The notes under the pieces: generated by a model
The model's input: the letters and a program-made list of their open reading frames with translations, nothing else
What the model was told of the DNA's origin: nothing
Database searches by the model: none
Assembly (NCBI GenBank): GCA_964035545.1
Contig: OZ037769.1
Span: 6,863,929-6,927,928 of the forward strand
Length of the DNA stretch: 64,000 bases
Direction: 5' to 3'
From: Bugula neritina
Lineage: Eukaryota > Animalia > Bryozoa
In this document: in pieces, positions 1 through 24,269 of the stretch
How the letters are laid out: every line of letters starts with the position of its first letter
How positions within the stretch are numbered: the first letter of the stretch is position 1
Made by a program: the position numbers and the translations under genes

Positions 1-639
1 TGTTAGAATAACCTTTACTAGTAGCCCTAAAGATCATCTAGTGCGCAAGAAAACCTTTAAATCAAAGCAACCTAAAAGGAATAGAGTATCGAGTTTCACG
101 ACCATTACACTTTATGACATAATAGCTGATTATGCCACAACAGAAAGAGCTTTCTCATTCAATTTAGTTTTACTCATACACCCTACAACATTTATAAGAC
201 ATTTCCAGTAGAGCAGCTAATCTATGTTCTGATATATTGCAAAACATTTTTCTAGACGCTAAAACTTATGGTTAGAACTGGCAGCTAAAAAACTCTTTAT
301 CAAAATACTACTCAGCTTATTTACCGTTCAGATTCTAAAGAGACTCTAGAGTCTAGATATTTTATGAAATTGTGCCACAAAGTAACCCTAATCAGTACTC
401 ATACTAAGCTTATTAGATACATCTAGTAAAATTCCAGGACAATAAAAAGACAATAAAAAGAGCATACGTCAGGATATATAATAGGCTATAAATGACTAAA
501 TTCCTTAAATAAATATAAATAAGCTTTCCACGTAATGCCCACTTCTATTGGGCACAGCTTTGACAACTTAATATTATTATTTCCATTTTTATTTTATTTG
601 AAACCGTACATTGGGTTACTAAAACAGCATCGTGACTTT

Positions 640-1010
640 CAGAGCTGGGCCCAAGCCACATCGACTCAAGTATTCAATTTTTTTAATTCAACAGTGATCT
701 TGAAAATTTCAATATTCTCAATAGATTTAAGAACTATTGTTGTTCCGTGGTGTCTAATCATAAGTAAGTATTAATTTTGCATGATCTATCCAATAAAATA
801 GTTAATTTTAAAATAGTTATACAAACTTATTTTATATTTAAGCTGCCAACTGCTTCCAGATATAAATGAATTTTTGGTAGTTGGAAGTAATCTTTCAACC
901 AGACATTGTAATATACTATTGACTTAATGGACTAAACTTGACTAAAGTCGTTGGCTGAACCCTTACTTCCCTTTGCTAGCCACTGATTTGATGTGATTGA
1001 CCCAGCTCTG
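640..1010. mobile_element. Old MITE with CAG...CTG termini (hAT-like)
   Basis: cagagctgggcccaagccacatc versus gatgtgattgacccagctctg form an imperfect TIR; the TSD is only a weak match (gtgacttt/gtaattta). Confidence 0.45.
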
Positions 1011-3140
1011 GTAATTTACATTTGGTTTTGGCAATTTGAAATATAATTAAAGATTTAGCTTTAGTAATAATCAATATTACATTGAGAAATTTTAGTTCTG
1101 AAACTGGAACCAGCATAAAAAAAATAAATATTTATTTATGACAATGATAGCTATTATAATAGAATGGAAAAAATATAAGATAATCAATATTTACATTAAA
1201 ACTAAAGTAATCATGTTTGATCTATTATGCTTTTAAGCATACATATATAAAGTTTATAATATATATAAATATATATCAACGTTTCACCCATTAATGTTAG
1301 TGTTGATGTTGATACAAAAACATACTACAAATACAATCACTTTATATTTATTACCATTACTATTTAAATTATTCCTGCCTCATGTTTGATAATTACTAAA
1401 TTTTAAAGTTTATTATTAAATAAATCATCAGTTTAATTATTAATTTGCTATCCCACATTACAGTTTATTAAATTATTATGATAAATTGAGACATGGACTT
1501 AAAGTGAGTAAAATTAATAGTACAATTTTAGTACAAATTAATCCTCAATCTATTAAAAATAACTATTCAATAAATCAATTTATATTGATATGCATAAATA
1601 TTGTTATGCTTTTCATCATCAATCAACTAATTATCAAGGACTTGTACTTAATACTTATAGCTCTAAAATGTATATTTATTTATACTAATATAACTCTAAT
1701 AAGAATGTAAACAAATATAACCGCAAATATATTTCACAGTTATAATGATAACCATTAGAATTCAAACTTAATAAATAAATGAAGATATTATTATTATTAA
1801 ACTAATATTAATAATTATAATACATTTGAAAACAATAAATAGCCTACAAGTATTTCAGTTTAAAATATTTTACCTCATTAATTTTACACTTTATCTTATA
1901 ATCTCACTCTCATAGTTAACGTTAAAATATCAACTATTAAATTAGTCTAACTATTACCAATACCAATGACAATATGAATACCATTATTATTGGTAAATTT
2001 AATTTACTCCTAGAAACCAACTAGTATTTTTATTAGTATTAGTATTAGTGTTGGTAAATGTAATACTAATAGTATTCAATTAACAACAATAATTAATTAT
2101 TATGATGCCTTAGCTTGGCTGATTTGGTGATTCATTATCACTAATTAACCTCTTAAAATATTATTATTAATGCTATTACAGCAATAATAGTAACATTAGA
2201 TTAACAGTATAACTATTACTATTAGCAATTACTATCACTATTAGTATTAGTTTTACTATTACTAATAGTAAAATTTCATTTTGTTGAATATCAAAACCAA
2301 AATAAATAATAATATTAATAATATTATTATTTATTTTGGTTTTGATATTATTATTTCATTAATACAAAATCAAATATTTAACTATTTAACGCATATTCTA
2401 TCAACATTATTTAGCACAACAATAATTTTAATTAGTAAAACTAAAAAGAAAACTAAATTAAAAACTCAAACTTATTCTTATAGTTATAGTTATACTAAAC
2501 CTTCTACTTACTCTTACTCTTAGTCTTACAGTTACTCTCAAGTCATAAGTTATATTACTACTTAGTGCTATAATCGATACTATAGCATGAGCATCAGTAC
2601 TGATAGAGGATATATAATGTCGGTTATAGAAAGCATACCAGAAATCAAGGAAAACGCTACAGACACAAAATTCAGAGTTGCAACTAGAATAATTTATTCT
2701 AAAATCATAAATGATCTGCAATTATGCCTGTTCCCTATGCCGTATTTTACATCTGCTTTCTCATTTTTGTCTTTTAAATTGTCGTGCGTATTTGATGTCT
2801 CTCAATAAAAGTAAATAAACATTAATTAATGATATGTTTATTGCTAGATCTCAATTAGAACAATTACAACTAGTTTTGAATCGAGTGGAATAACTCTAAG
2901 GCACTTTGTGCTTTGTGAGAAGACAACTATGCATTTATAATTTGCATGTATTCCATATCGCGTAGCTAAAGTGTGGTCCTACTTTTAGAGTTATCTATCC
3001 CTATGTCTCTAATAAAACTGAGCACCCGATACCAAGTAAATTTTAAGCTATTTATTTACTCATTTAGTAGTTACACTTACAGTTCTAGTTTTACCCAGTT
3101 TCCAAATTCAATTAGATTTAATCAGAATTTCAGGATCAAA

Positions 3141-13770
<10,630 letters not shown>

Positions 13771-14419
13771 AACAGGTCTAGTATATCCTTGAGCACTGCA
13801 CTACAACAATCTAATTAACTATTTTGGTAGAGAAATGAAGGCAGTCATTACTAAGGGAAATTATTTCATTTGCATTTTGTGTTCTTCTAAAAATCATCAT
13901 ATACCTGTAGTCATCCTTGTAATATTTAATCAAAACTGCATTCAGCATGCCTTTTATTATATACTCTTGTAATCATATTACTTATACTGTGTTGATTTTT
14001 CATCTTTATGTCAACACGTTAAACTACTGTTATCAAGATGTTAATTTTTCCATCTAGTTTTTCTTTCTTGTTATAGTCTTTTAAAAGTTTGTTTTAGCTC
14101 TAAATTTAGGAAACTTTCTATGAACAATCTTCAGTTTACTAAGAAATAAAATGATGCACATTCTACAAACATTCTTACAAGCATTTGTCATCTCTTTATA
14201 TGGTTCTATCACTTGCAAATTTGGTTATGATTACGCAATGAACAGCTTTACCTGTATTATGTGGATAAAACAAAATCGAAGCAGCACCAGCTTTCAATGA
14301 GTCAAAGCCACATGATAAAAATTATGGGAAAACTGTGTTGGTACAACAGTTAATATATATCGTATTAATTGAATAAATTTGTCAAACCATAATTTACTTC
14401 CCTCCTTCTACACTAAAGA

Positions 14420-14640
14420 GTGTCTGGTAAAAATGGCTTAGGTAAACAATGACAAAGGTAATAATGACACAAATGGCAAAGTGAGTCAAATTGGCATATT
14501 TTTAATGTTTGGGTTGGTAGCTTGGATTTGAATGTAAAAGTTTGGGGTCAGGATTCTAGGGAGTTAGGGTTTGGGCAAATTTAACATCACTGTGCCATTT
14601 TTTTCTTACTTTTCCATTTGTGCCATTTTTACCTAAAATC
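14420..14640 (+). mobile_element. Small interspersed element with subterminal inverted repeats and G/T-rich centre (Helentron/HINE-like)
   Basis: gtgtctggtaaaaatggc...gccatttttacctaaaat; second copy at 43391-43582. Confidence 0.6.
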
Positions 14641-15179
14641 AGGCTTAAGATAATGTGAGCTACAAGAGAAAGTAAAAAGCGCTAGAATAGTTGTTAACTC
14701 TTTTAATCACAAAAAGATGTGATGAAATTATTGGTACATGCATACACAATATTATATGTGGTAGCTTACAGGAATGCTGCCATATCACAGCTACCTCATT
14801 CTCTTTCTACCAGCATCTAGATGACAGCTTAGATTAGACAACGAAATCAATTTATTCCTACTTTATGGTGGTTTCTATTAATAAATTCTTTTCACGGCAT
14901 AAAATAATAGTTTTTAAAACATGAACAGCTCTGTGCCTGTTGGTAATGTATCCAATCATGTTTTATGCATACATTGCACTCTTTGCTCCATCAGTTTTTG
15001 TTCTCAATATTATTGTTTATGTGGGTTTTTAGTGCACTTTTTGAATGTACTTTCTCTACTATACATTATTATATGCAAAATAGACAGTATAGAAAATGTT
15101 CAGATTAAATAAATTCTGCCAAGTTATTAGAGGCAGTGCCACTTTTTACAATTTGGCCTTAAGTTACATAGTTCTAAAT

Positions 15180-15479
15180 CAGGGGTGTCCAGCCTTTTCA
15201 GATCAAGGGCCACTGAAATGGAATATTCTGTGGTGAAAGCCATACTGTAAAATTTAGCTTATGCTGGGGGCCACAGGGTCAGAGATTTTCAAATTACTTT
15301 ATTCCAAATTCCTATTAATCATTACACAATGAAGACTTAATAATTACTGCAGGCTGCATGTTTTTTAGCATATATATAAATAAGACATTTAAATAGCAGT
15401 ATTTCCAGTCCAATTTATATATATGTGCAAAATAATTCTATTCGCATCCAGTCCTGGGGCTGCCTGCTGGACTGCCCTG
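15180..15479. mobile_element. hAT-type MITE
   Basis: Ends CAGGGGTGTCCAGC...GCTGGACTGCCCTG; 8-bp TSD ttctaaat/ttctaaac. Confidence 0.75.
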
Positions 15480-16013
15480 TTCTAAACTGTTAGGGAATTT
15501 TTGTTTTACTACAATCCCAATTCTTAGCAATATATGTATATCTTACTCTGTTTATCCATACTTCTTCAGTATCAATATTTTTGTTATACTAAACAATGTA
15601 TTTCTGTAACCAACAATAAACTTTACGAGTGTTCAAGTACACAAGAGATAAAGTTATAATACTTTAAATTAGCTGGGGAGGAGGTTTGCCAGGAATACCA
15701 AGAGTCTCATCACTCTCCTAAGCATTCTCAATACAACTTAGGAGCAGATGACTCTTTGGTATTCACTTCAATATCATGTAGCAAAATAATTTATCTCATT
15801 CTCTTCTAAATTTGTGTTACTTTGTACTTTTCTGTATAAGCATAATTTGAATTAATACACACTTTGCTAAAAATTTCCTTTTTCTGTTGAGCTGTTAGTC
15901 CCTAAGTTTCCATTATTTCACAATGGAAGCTCGAAAGGTGAATTTGTGGTTGCGGTTTCCATGAAGCTGTTTCCAAACATGAATTAAGAATCTATTAGAA
16001 GCATAGTGAGTAA

Positions 16014-16224
16014 GGAAGCAGCCATGGTCTAGAGGCCAGAACGCTGGCTTACTAAACCTGATGTCATGGGTTCGAGCCTCAAGTAAAGACTATTGGTGAT
16101 GTTAGGAAGAGCATTCAGTCATAATGGTTCCTGTGCCAAATATAAATAAGTTTTAGCTTGTTTTAAAAAAATTCTTTTCATCAGAGTTTTCTCACAAGGA
16201 TAGTGACTATAAACTGGCTGAGTT
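16014..16224 (+). mobile_element. tRNA-derived SINE family A (diverged)
   Basis: ggaagcagccatggtctag...gggttcgagcc...ggtgatgttaggaagagcattcagtcataat...gtgactataaact. Confidence 0.85.
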
Positions 16225-17405
16225 ATTGAGCTGTTAGTAAATAATAAATTTTCAAATGAAGTTTCATTTCTATATTACATACCATTCCATCTAGGGTTCA
16301 CTCATGAAAGTGGGTGTTTTTTTACTCTGTGCTACTACAGTTTTATTATGTAGAATGGCAATACAGTTTAGTAGTATCAATTTCTTTCAGCTGTATATAA
16401 CAGCTCACAAATATATCCATTTATTGCAAAGCTGATTTGTGTTTTGGTTTCAAAATAGACTACAGTTGTGTAAGCTGGTATTTTTACTTTACTATAAAGT
16501 GTGCTCTACTTTACTATATTATATATGCACACTATATTTACTAACAGGCTGCATCGCATTACATCCTAGTTTATGAAATTCTTAGTTCTCATGCCAATTT
16601 CTATTATAGAATATGAAGCTACTTTATCAATATAATCATCAATTGATAGGTATGTCTATTTGCCTACAGCCATAACTGCATGTAGTAGCTATTTTTGACA
16701 TGTAACATCAGGTAGTTATTTCTGACACACAACATTAAGTTTGATACATCAAGTATTATATAGTTTCAACTAGTGAATCATAATAACTATATTTTGTTTG
16801 TTCAGAAAAATTTGAAAAGGATTTAACGGTTATTACTTATTCATTCAGGAAAGTTGTTGCCGGTTTGTAAATATACAGAGAAAATAGCTGAAGAAGATTC
16901 TGTCATAAATATTTAAAATGATGATGTTGATAAACATGTGTAAGTTTAGGGTAAGTATTTGTAAAGTACATATTATGTACTTGAGATACTTGACAAGCTC
17001 TCTAGGATATAATATGTACCCTAACCAACCATATAACTACATACACAATAGAATTACACCAATATAGTATTTCATCTGTTTTCAATCAACAATTTGCTAT
17101 CTAACTACATTATTCTTGTTAAGCAGAATAATTATACATAATACGTGATTTGCCTATAATAGAAGTATAGCCCTTATAGTAATAATTAGCTTAGGTTCCA
17201 CAATGCAATAAATTTCAACGTGTATTGCAAACAGTTGGCTAAGCAGAGAAATTTCTAACAATTATGGTAACAAGTATGGTTTTTGTTATGAATTTTTATA
17301 TCCGTCACCTTTTCCTTCATACAAAATTATTGTCTAAAATTTAAAAACAATACATTAAAAAATTTTCAACTTTTCAAAACAGAATCGCAAGCACTAATAT
17401 CCCAT

Positions 17406-17953
17406 AGCTATAGGTACCTGGTACACAGCTATAGGTACCTGGTACACAGCTATAGGTACCTGGTACACAGCTATAGGTACCTGGTACACAGCTATAGGTA
17501 CCTGGTACACAGCTATAGGTACCTGGTACACAGCTATAGGTACCTGGTACACAGCTATAGGTACCTGGTACACAGCTATAGGTACCTGGTACACATCTAT
17601 AGGTACCTGGTACACAGCTATAGGTACCTGGTACACAGCTATAGGTACCTGGTACACAGCTATAGGTACCTGGTACACAGCTATAGGTACCTGGTACACA
17701 GCTATAGGTACCTGGTACACAGCTATAGGTACCTGGTACACAGCTATAGGTACCTGGTACACAGCTATAGGTACCTGGTACACAGCTATAGGTACCTGGT
17801 ACACAGCTATAGGTACCTGGTACACAGCTATAGGTACCTGGTACACAGCTATAGGTACCTGGTACACAGCTATAGGTACCTGGTACACAGCTATAGGTAC
17901 CTGGTACACAGCTATAGGTACCTGGTACACAGCTATAGGTACCTGGTACACAG
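17406..17953. repeat. 21-bp minisatellite (agctataggtacctggtacac)
   Basis: About 26 near-identical units with one variant near 17595; intergenic. Confidence 0.97.
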
Positions 17954-18878
17954 TTTTAGGTAATTTCACATATTTCATCAATTATATGAGAATTTACTCA
18001 AATTATAAACGATAAGCAATAAATATAATGTACTCGTAATTGCAACGATTGAAAGGACTCAGTCCGAGTAGCAACTGAATGGATACTTTGATGGTTGTTT
18101 TTAGCACTAAATTTATGAGTAGCTAATTTAAGGCGATTAGACACTCAATCTAAACTGCTATTGTGTAACTCAGTATGTATTATTCCTTCAACAGCACGTA
18201 GCTCATTAATTGCTAATGAGTGCATAAGAGGCTGAGAGTTTTCATTGGTTGAAATGGTGATTTAGCAACACTACAATCATAGCTGGGTAATATGCATTTC
18301 TAATGAATAGATTACTGCATTGATAAATTTGAATTTCTACCTGTAGTGTCTATGTAAATAGCCTAAAGAAGATTAGTTTGAATAGTGGAGAGACTGTAAG
18401 CCAACTACATCGTTATACAAGGGTTGTTCACCTTCCAAAAGTAGATCCGTTATGTAACAGATTGAATGAAACTGTATATGCAAGAACTTGCAGTGTTCTG
18501 CTAAGTCAACACCCTGTCTAAAGGTATGTTTCCATATATTAACTATGTTTTTATCACATCTAAAATAATACTTTTATATATGAACATATAAACATAAGCC
18601 TTTAATATGCAGTGAAACATAAAGTTTTAAGTTTTCAAGTTTTTAAGTCTTTAATCTAGTTTTAACTATATTTTGGTGATTAATTGTTCTTGAGCTTGAA
18701 AAATATTATACCTACTAGTCCGGAATACTTTAACTAACCTTTAACTCATACTATATTATTTCTTATAGACATTTGTACCTCATATTTACCAAGTTTATTG
18801 CTAAAAATTGACAAAATATGATTTCACTAAAATTTTCTTTCAGTCACGTCTATTAATTGTGGTCTAGAGATTCCCCAA

Positions 18879-18960
18879 TAGCCCTCATAGTGTAGTGGTT
18901 AGCATTCTAGCCTGCAAGTTACAGGTCTGCTGTTCGATTCCTGGTAGAAACAGAAGTTTT
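18879..18960 (+). mobile_element. tRNA-like head of SINE family B
   Basis: tagccctcatagtgtagtggttagc...ggtctgctgttcgattcctggtag...aagtttt. Confidence 0.6.
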
Positions 18961-19532
18961 TATTTTATTTAAGTGCTTTGAAGATGAGTTTAGTTGCTAT
19001 AGAAAGTGGAAAGTGAGTTGACAGCTAGTTCCTTCTCAGACAGTCTCTGTAGCTCTGTTTTTCTACCCTTTGAGCTTGCCATTCATTCCTTTAGATGTTG
19101 TTAAAATAATATGTCGTTCGTACATATTATATATCACATAATATGTTATATTTTGCAATAGCCTTTTAAATCAATTCAGTTTGTTTTGAATATTTTGCAA
19201 GACTGAAACTTTGCATCAGGCCAAGACTGAAAATCTCAAACCTTTCCCTTTGAAGAGTGGTTTTTCTGTTAAGCATAGGTGACTGTGTGTGCAAAAAGAT
19301 GAAACTAAAACAGTTATAATATTATATAGTTTTAAAACATTCCTTTAAAAAGTGAGAGAACGGAAAATAAAGAACCTATAATATGCATTGTTTTTCAGTT
19401 TAAATTTTCTGAAAGTGGAAAGTTATAAAAATATGATGCAAGCAAATTATTATTTTTATCCATAAATAAATATACCAGTAGCTTAATTTTGTATCAACAT
19501 ATACATAAATAGTAAAATTTAGTTTCCAAGCA

Positions 19533-19976
<444 letters not shown>

Positions 19977-22961
19977 TGACAAGCTCCTTAAGCTAGATGA
20001 CACGTGTTATGAAAACGTCAGGTTTCTATAAGCTTCATAATAACTAAGCATTACTGAAGGAGTAAAGTGGCTCATTATTTTATGCCACTACTGCTGCAAC
20101 ATATGAATTCAAGTAGACGAGCTCAATCACATATTTTCAAAGTCAAGAGTGCAAAATGTTCAGGTAAAATGAAGTTGCAGCTTTCATAACATATAAGAGT
20201 TGTAAAGTTTTGACTCCTGCAAAGCTTCTATTGCTGAATTGATAACGCCGAGAGCAATGGTCAGACCTAGACATGTTTACTCTTGATTCTAACATTAGAT
20301 AAACTTGAAGGTTAGCTGACTGAACTCAAGCTGTGATCCTAAGGCTAGCATCAAACTTCCACTGAAACCTACTTTTGAAAATTTTAACATTGCCTTTAAT
20401 TAAATTTTCAATGCATCAATGTGTAAGAATACTGCTCAACTGCGGTGTGCATACATTACTGAATGCAAAAATAGGGTAGTGACAAATCCTAATTTAATGA
20501 CTACAGCATGTACTCTAATCTCCTTACAGCATGCATACATATACAACCAGAGTTGTCTTACCTCACCTTCCAAAAAAATTTAATCCAATTAACAAATAGC
20601 AAATATGAATGACCAACCATTTGATTTAGACCTTAGTGTATTCCAGTCAAGAATTCTGTCAACAATTTACTTTGTCTTAATGGTCTTAAGATAGATGCTT
20701 CTCTATATAAACAAAATGTAATCTAAATGTATTGAAATACCACTTAATTTTGTAGATTTGAGTTGTGTAAACCATAAACTCTTTTATCTATATAGCAAAT
20801 TTAACATTTTCCTAATCAAACAATACCTAGTGTGAAGTGAACTCCTAATCAACCTGCAGGTGTATGACACCACAAAGTGGAGAGCTCACCCTACACTGTA
20901 TAGGGTGACTGCCCAATTAACAGTGCTTGCTGTTGTGAATTGACACGCAACTATTATACGTAGTGGTAAAGTAATAAACTCTTTCAGCAATATCATCTGT
21001 AAGTGAAGGGTTAAGAAATAGGGGAACAAATGCAATAACATCATTATGTTGAAACCAACGTGTGTACCCTTTTCGGTTTGTTATCCTATTGGCGCTAAAT
21101 TATACAGGCAATTTGAGTAGTTTTCACTTTGTGGCGTAAGATTTTAAACCAAATTATAAGTGAAAGTTGTCCCAGTGCATAACTTAGCCAAAACTATGTC
21201 TCTATCAAAAATGCAAACAGCAATCAACCGGTCTGCACTTTAGTCGGTTCATTAGAAAAATAAACTGCAGGGGTAGCAACTATAAGCCTGCGCAAGTTTT
21301 GTTATAAAAAACATAAATCTTAATATTAAGCAAGCCGAACAAAGTAATAGATTTTAATCCGTAGCATAAAGGACTTATAAATCGCTGGTCCCATGAGCTC
21401 TACTATAGTTATTATATATTTGTCCATAAAGTTTCTAAATATGTACTCAGTACTCTGGTCCACTCTAGGGACTCATTTAACTAGGAGAAAAGATGGAGGT
21501 GTAAATTAACAGAACATTGTCATGCTGCGCAAACTTTGGACATTTTACAAGTTCTTATATCTACATTGCTCATATAAGTATTTAGTCTTATTAATACTGC
21601 ATGCAGAACTAACACATAGTTGAGTGACAACTTCTTACAGTTAAGCCAAATTCCATTTTTTGAACTTTAGGCAAGTTTTTACCAGCATTCTTACATCATT
21701 TATGCGGGCTGCATATATATTGTTTCAAAAATGATTAGTTTTAATTATTAATGCTACTAAATAAATCATATTTAATATTAAGTAATAGACAGCTTAAATA
21801 AATTTGCAAAAGATGTAGTACGTGTTTCAGATAGATCAATTATTACATATTACATAGTATAGAGAGAAGAATATACTTTTGTGCAGGTGAATAAGTTTCA
21901 TGAGCTCATTTACACTTTTAAATACTGCCTAGAGTCATGAATTCATTAAAACTAGTTTGTTTGTGAAGCTGTAGTTTGTTGTGTACTATTTTCTGTGTAT
22001 TAATGGCTGCAACTTATTAATAAGTGTAAAATACTAGTAAGAATAATTAGTGTGAATGAAGGCACAGTATGCGAAATATTTGTGTAGTTAGATTTGATAT
22101 TTCTGGATCTAAACAGCTCCCATGGTGTAGTATTAAATAGATTAGTAGTGTGTTCCCAGCAGCATCTACGAATCTTAATGACACAAAGTAGCTAAATATC
22201 AACTACTATTGCACTGCAATAACATAGTTCGCTTTCAGTTTTCATCTCATTCATTTCAATTCTGCAAAGTTTCCAGAAATTTGTCCAAAAAAAACAAAAT
22301 CCTTAAATATGTGTAAAATTAGAACTGTTTGTTTTAGCAAATAAAAATGTGTAATGTTCTGATAATGTAATTATATTTTGTTACTAAACATAAATATTAC
22401 AATTTTGCCTGATTCCTGAGGAAGTATTATATATTTCCATATAATAGTTTACCTTTGAAGTGTTGCAATCTTCTGCATCATTAGCTGGCTACACGTGGTG
22501 CTTAGAACTCAATAATAGAGATGATAATATGCTGCATATTACACGCATGCAGCTAATCAAAGGGATGGCTGGTGTAATTCAAAGAAGTATCATTTTGCAT
22601 GTGCTGTTACACTGTCAATTAGTTTGAATCAACTGTCATTTCACAACTTGAATTATAGATTTATCCTGCATCATTTGCAAAGTGCTGAAGAAGGTTATAT
22701 GGCAATGAAAGATAGAGTCAAGAGCTATTGTATGTAGAGGTCATGAGAGAACATCTCAATGTTTTTAAACAGGCTAATGCAGTAAGTACTACAGAAGTCT
22801 GCAATGTATCTCTAAAGCTAAGATCTCTAACATCAAGATCTCTGACACTAACAGAAAGGGAGTTTTAAGAGCTAAAACAAGAGAAATAAAGTAGAGGCGC
22901 TCACTTTGTTAGACAATTTACCGACATCTGATAGTACTGTAGTCGTGGTGCATGTTTCATC

Positions 22962-24269
22962 ATGACTTTGGATGTCAACTACACAAAATCAACTCTCTTA
23001 AGTTGTATCTCAAGTAACATCTCTGACAGCTCTCTTTATAACAGTAGCAGAGTACCTGGAGATGTTTCTAGCACTTCTCTGTGGTACGACCTTTTAGTTG
23101 GACTTATTCTAGCAATTGTGATGCTCATGACTGTAGTGGGGAATGGATTTGTCATAGTGGCTGTGTGGAAAGACACGAGGTTACACACTCTGGCTAACAA
23201 ACTCGTTGCCTCTTTAGCCGTAGCAGACTTCTTAGTGGGGTTGTTGGTAATGCCACTGTCGGCTGTGCATCTGTTACTGGGAAAATGGCCGTTTAAATCA
23301 GCAATTTGCGATGCGTTTATAACAGCAGACGTATTGTTCTGTACATCAAGTATTCTTCATTTAGTTGCAATTTCTGTGGACAGATACAAGACTGTAACGG
23401 ATATTTCTTATAATCGAGTAAGCAGTAAGAAACATAAGTACTTTGTGCCTGGCATGATATGTGGAGCCTGGCTTCTCTCAGCTGCAATATGCCTGCCACC
23501 ATTCTTCGGCTGGAGAACAGAGCAGGAAGAAGAGAGTTGCATGATATCTCAGGATCGAGGCTACACTATCTACTCAACGGTCGGGGCATTCTACATTCCA
23601 CTCATAATCATATTGGTGATTTATACAAAGATATTTTTAGTTATTCGTTATCGTGTGAGACGTAAGGCTTTTTCGAAGGCGGCTCAATCTCAGCCAATGT
23701 TGAGTCCAACACCTGTTATAAACAAGAAGCTTCCACCAAGTCAAACTGTTGAGACAATAGTAAATAACAACAGCTTTGCTAAATCAACGACAGATATTGA
23801 CAACCATAACTCTCCCTGTGAAGATACAACCTTTACAGTAAACCTTAATGAGTCTTCTACTAACCACCTCTCACCTAACATGACTCTAGTTTCAGATTCT
23901 CAGTCTAATTCCAGCCGACGTTCAAGTTTTCAGCAGCTGATAAATAATGTTCAACCATTAAACAAGAAGCGACCAGAAGAAAACAAAAAGACCAAACAAG
24001 AAAAAATTGCTCAAAAAAGAGAGCGGAAAGCATTTCGGACTTTAGTAATAATTACAGGGGTATTTATTACATGTTGGTTGCCATTTTTTATTTTTGCTGT
24101 TGTAGGGCCATTTTGTAACAAGTGCAATATACCAATACTTGCTACAAACTTTGTCACATGGCTGGGATATTTTAATTGTGCCCTGAATCCAATAATATAC
24201 ACAATATTTAGTCCTGACTTTAGGGCAGCCTTTAAGAAAATTTTAACCAATTGTGTTTGTAGAAACTAA
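22962..24269 (+). CDS. Serotonin receptor, 5-HT1-like class A GPCR, intronless CDS (435 aa)
   Basis: Seven TM segments with GN, SLAVAD, ADVLFCTSSILHLVAISVDRY (D3.32), ISQDRGYTIYSTVGAFYIPL, RERKAFRTL, CWLPFF, WLGYFNCALNPIIY and a short C-tail, as in 5-HT1-type receptors. Confidence 0.9.
   Translation: MTLDVNYTKSTLLSCISSNISDSSLYNSSRVPGDVSSTSLWYDLLVGLILAIVMLMTVVGNGFVIVAVWKDTRLHTLANKLVASLAVADFLVGLLVMPLSAVHLLLGKWPFKSAICDAFITADVLFCTSSILHLVAISVDRYKTVTDISYNRVSSKKHKYFVPGMICGAWLLSAAICLPPFFGWRTEQEEESCMISQDRGYTIYSTVGAFYIPLIIILVIYTKIFLVIRYRVRRKAFSKAAQSQPMLSPTPVINKKLPPSQTVETIVNNNSFAKSTTDIDNHNSPCEDTTFTVNLNESSTNHLSPNMTLVSDSQSNSSRRSSFQQLINNVQPLNKKRPEENKKTKQEKIAQKRERKAFRTLVIITGVFITCWLPFFIFAVVGPFCNKCNIPILATNFVTWLGYFNCALNPIIYTIFSPDFRAAFKKILTNCVCRN

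Noticed and set aside
13-71. Possible minus-strand exon of a gene divergent from PREP
   Set aside because: Splice-like ends, but stops in all three frames and no recognisable product; cannot be supported at the window edge.
17394-17981. 195-aa (VYQVPIA)n ORF or CRISPR-like array
   Set aside because: Translation of a stop-free 21-bp tandem repeat; no spacers and no cas genes.
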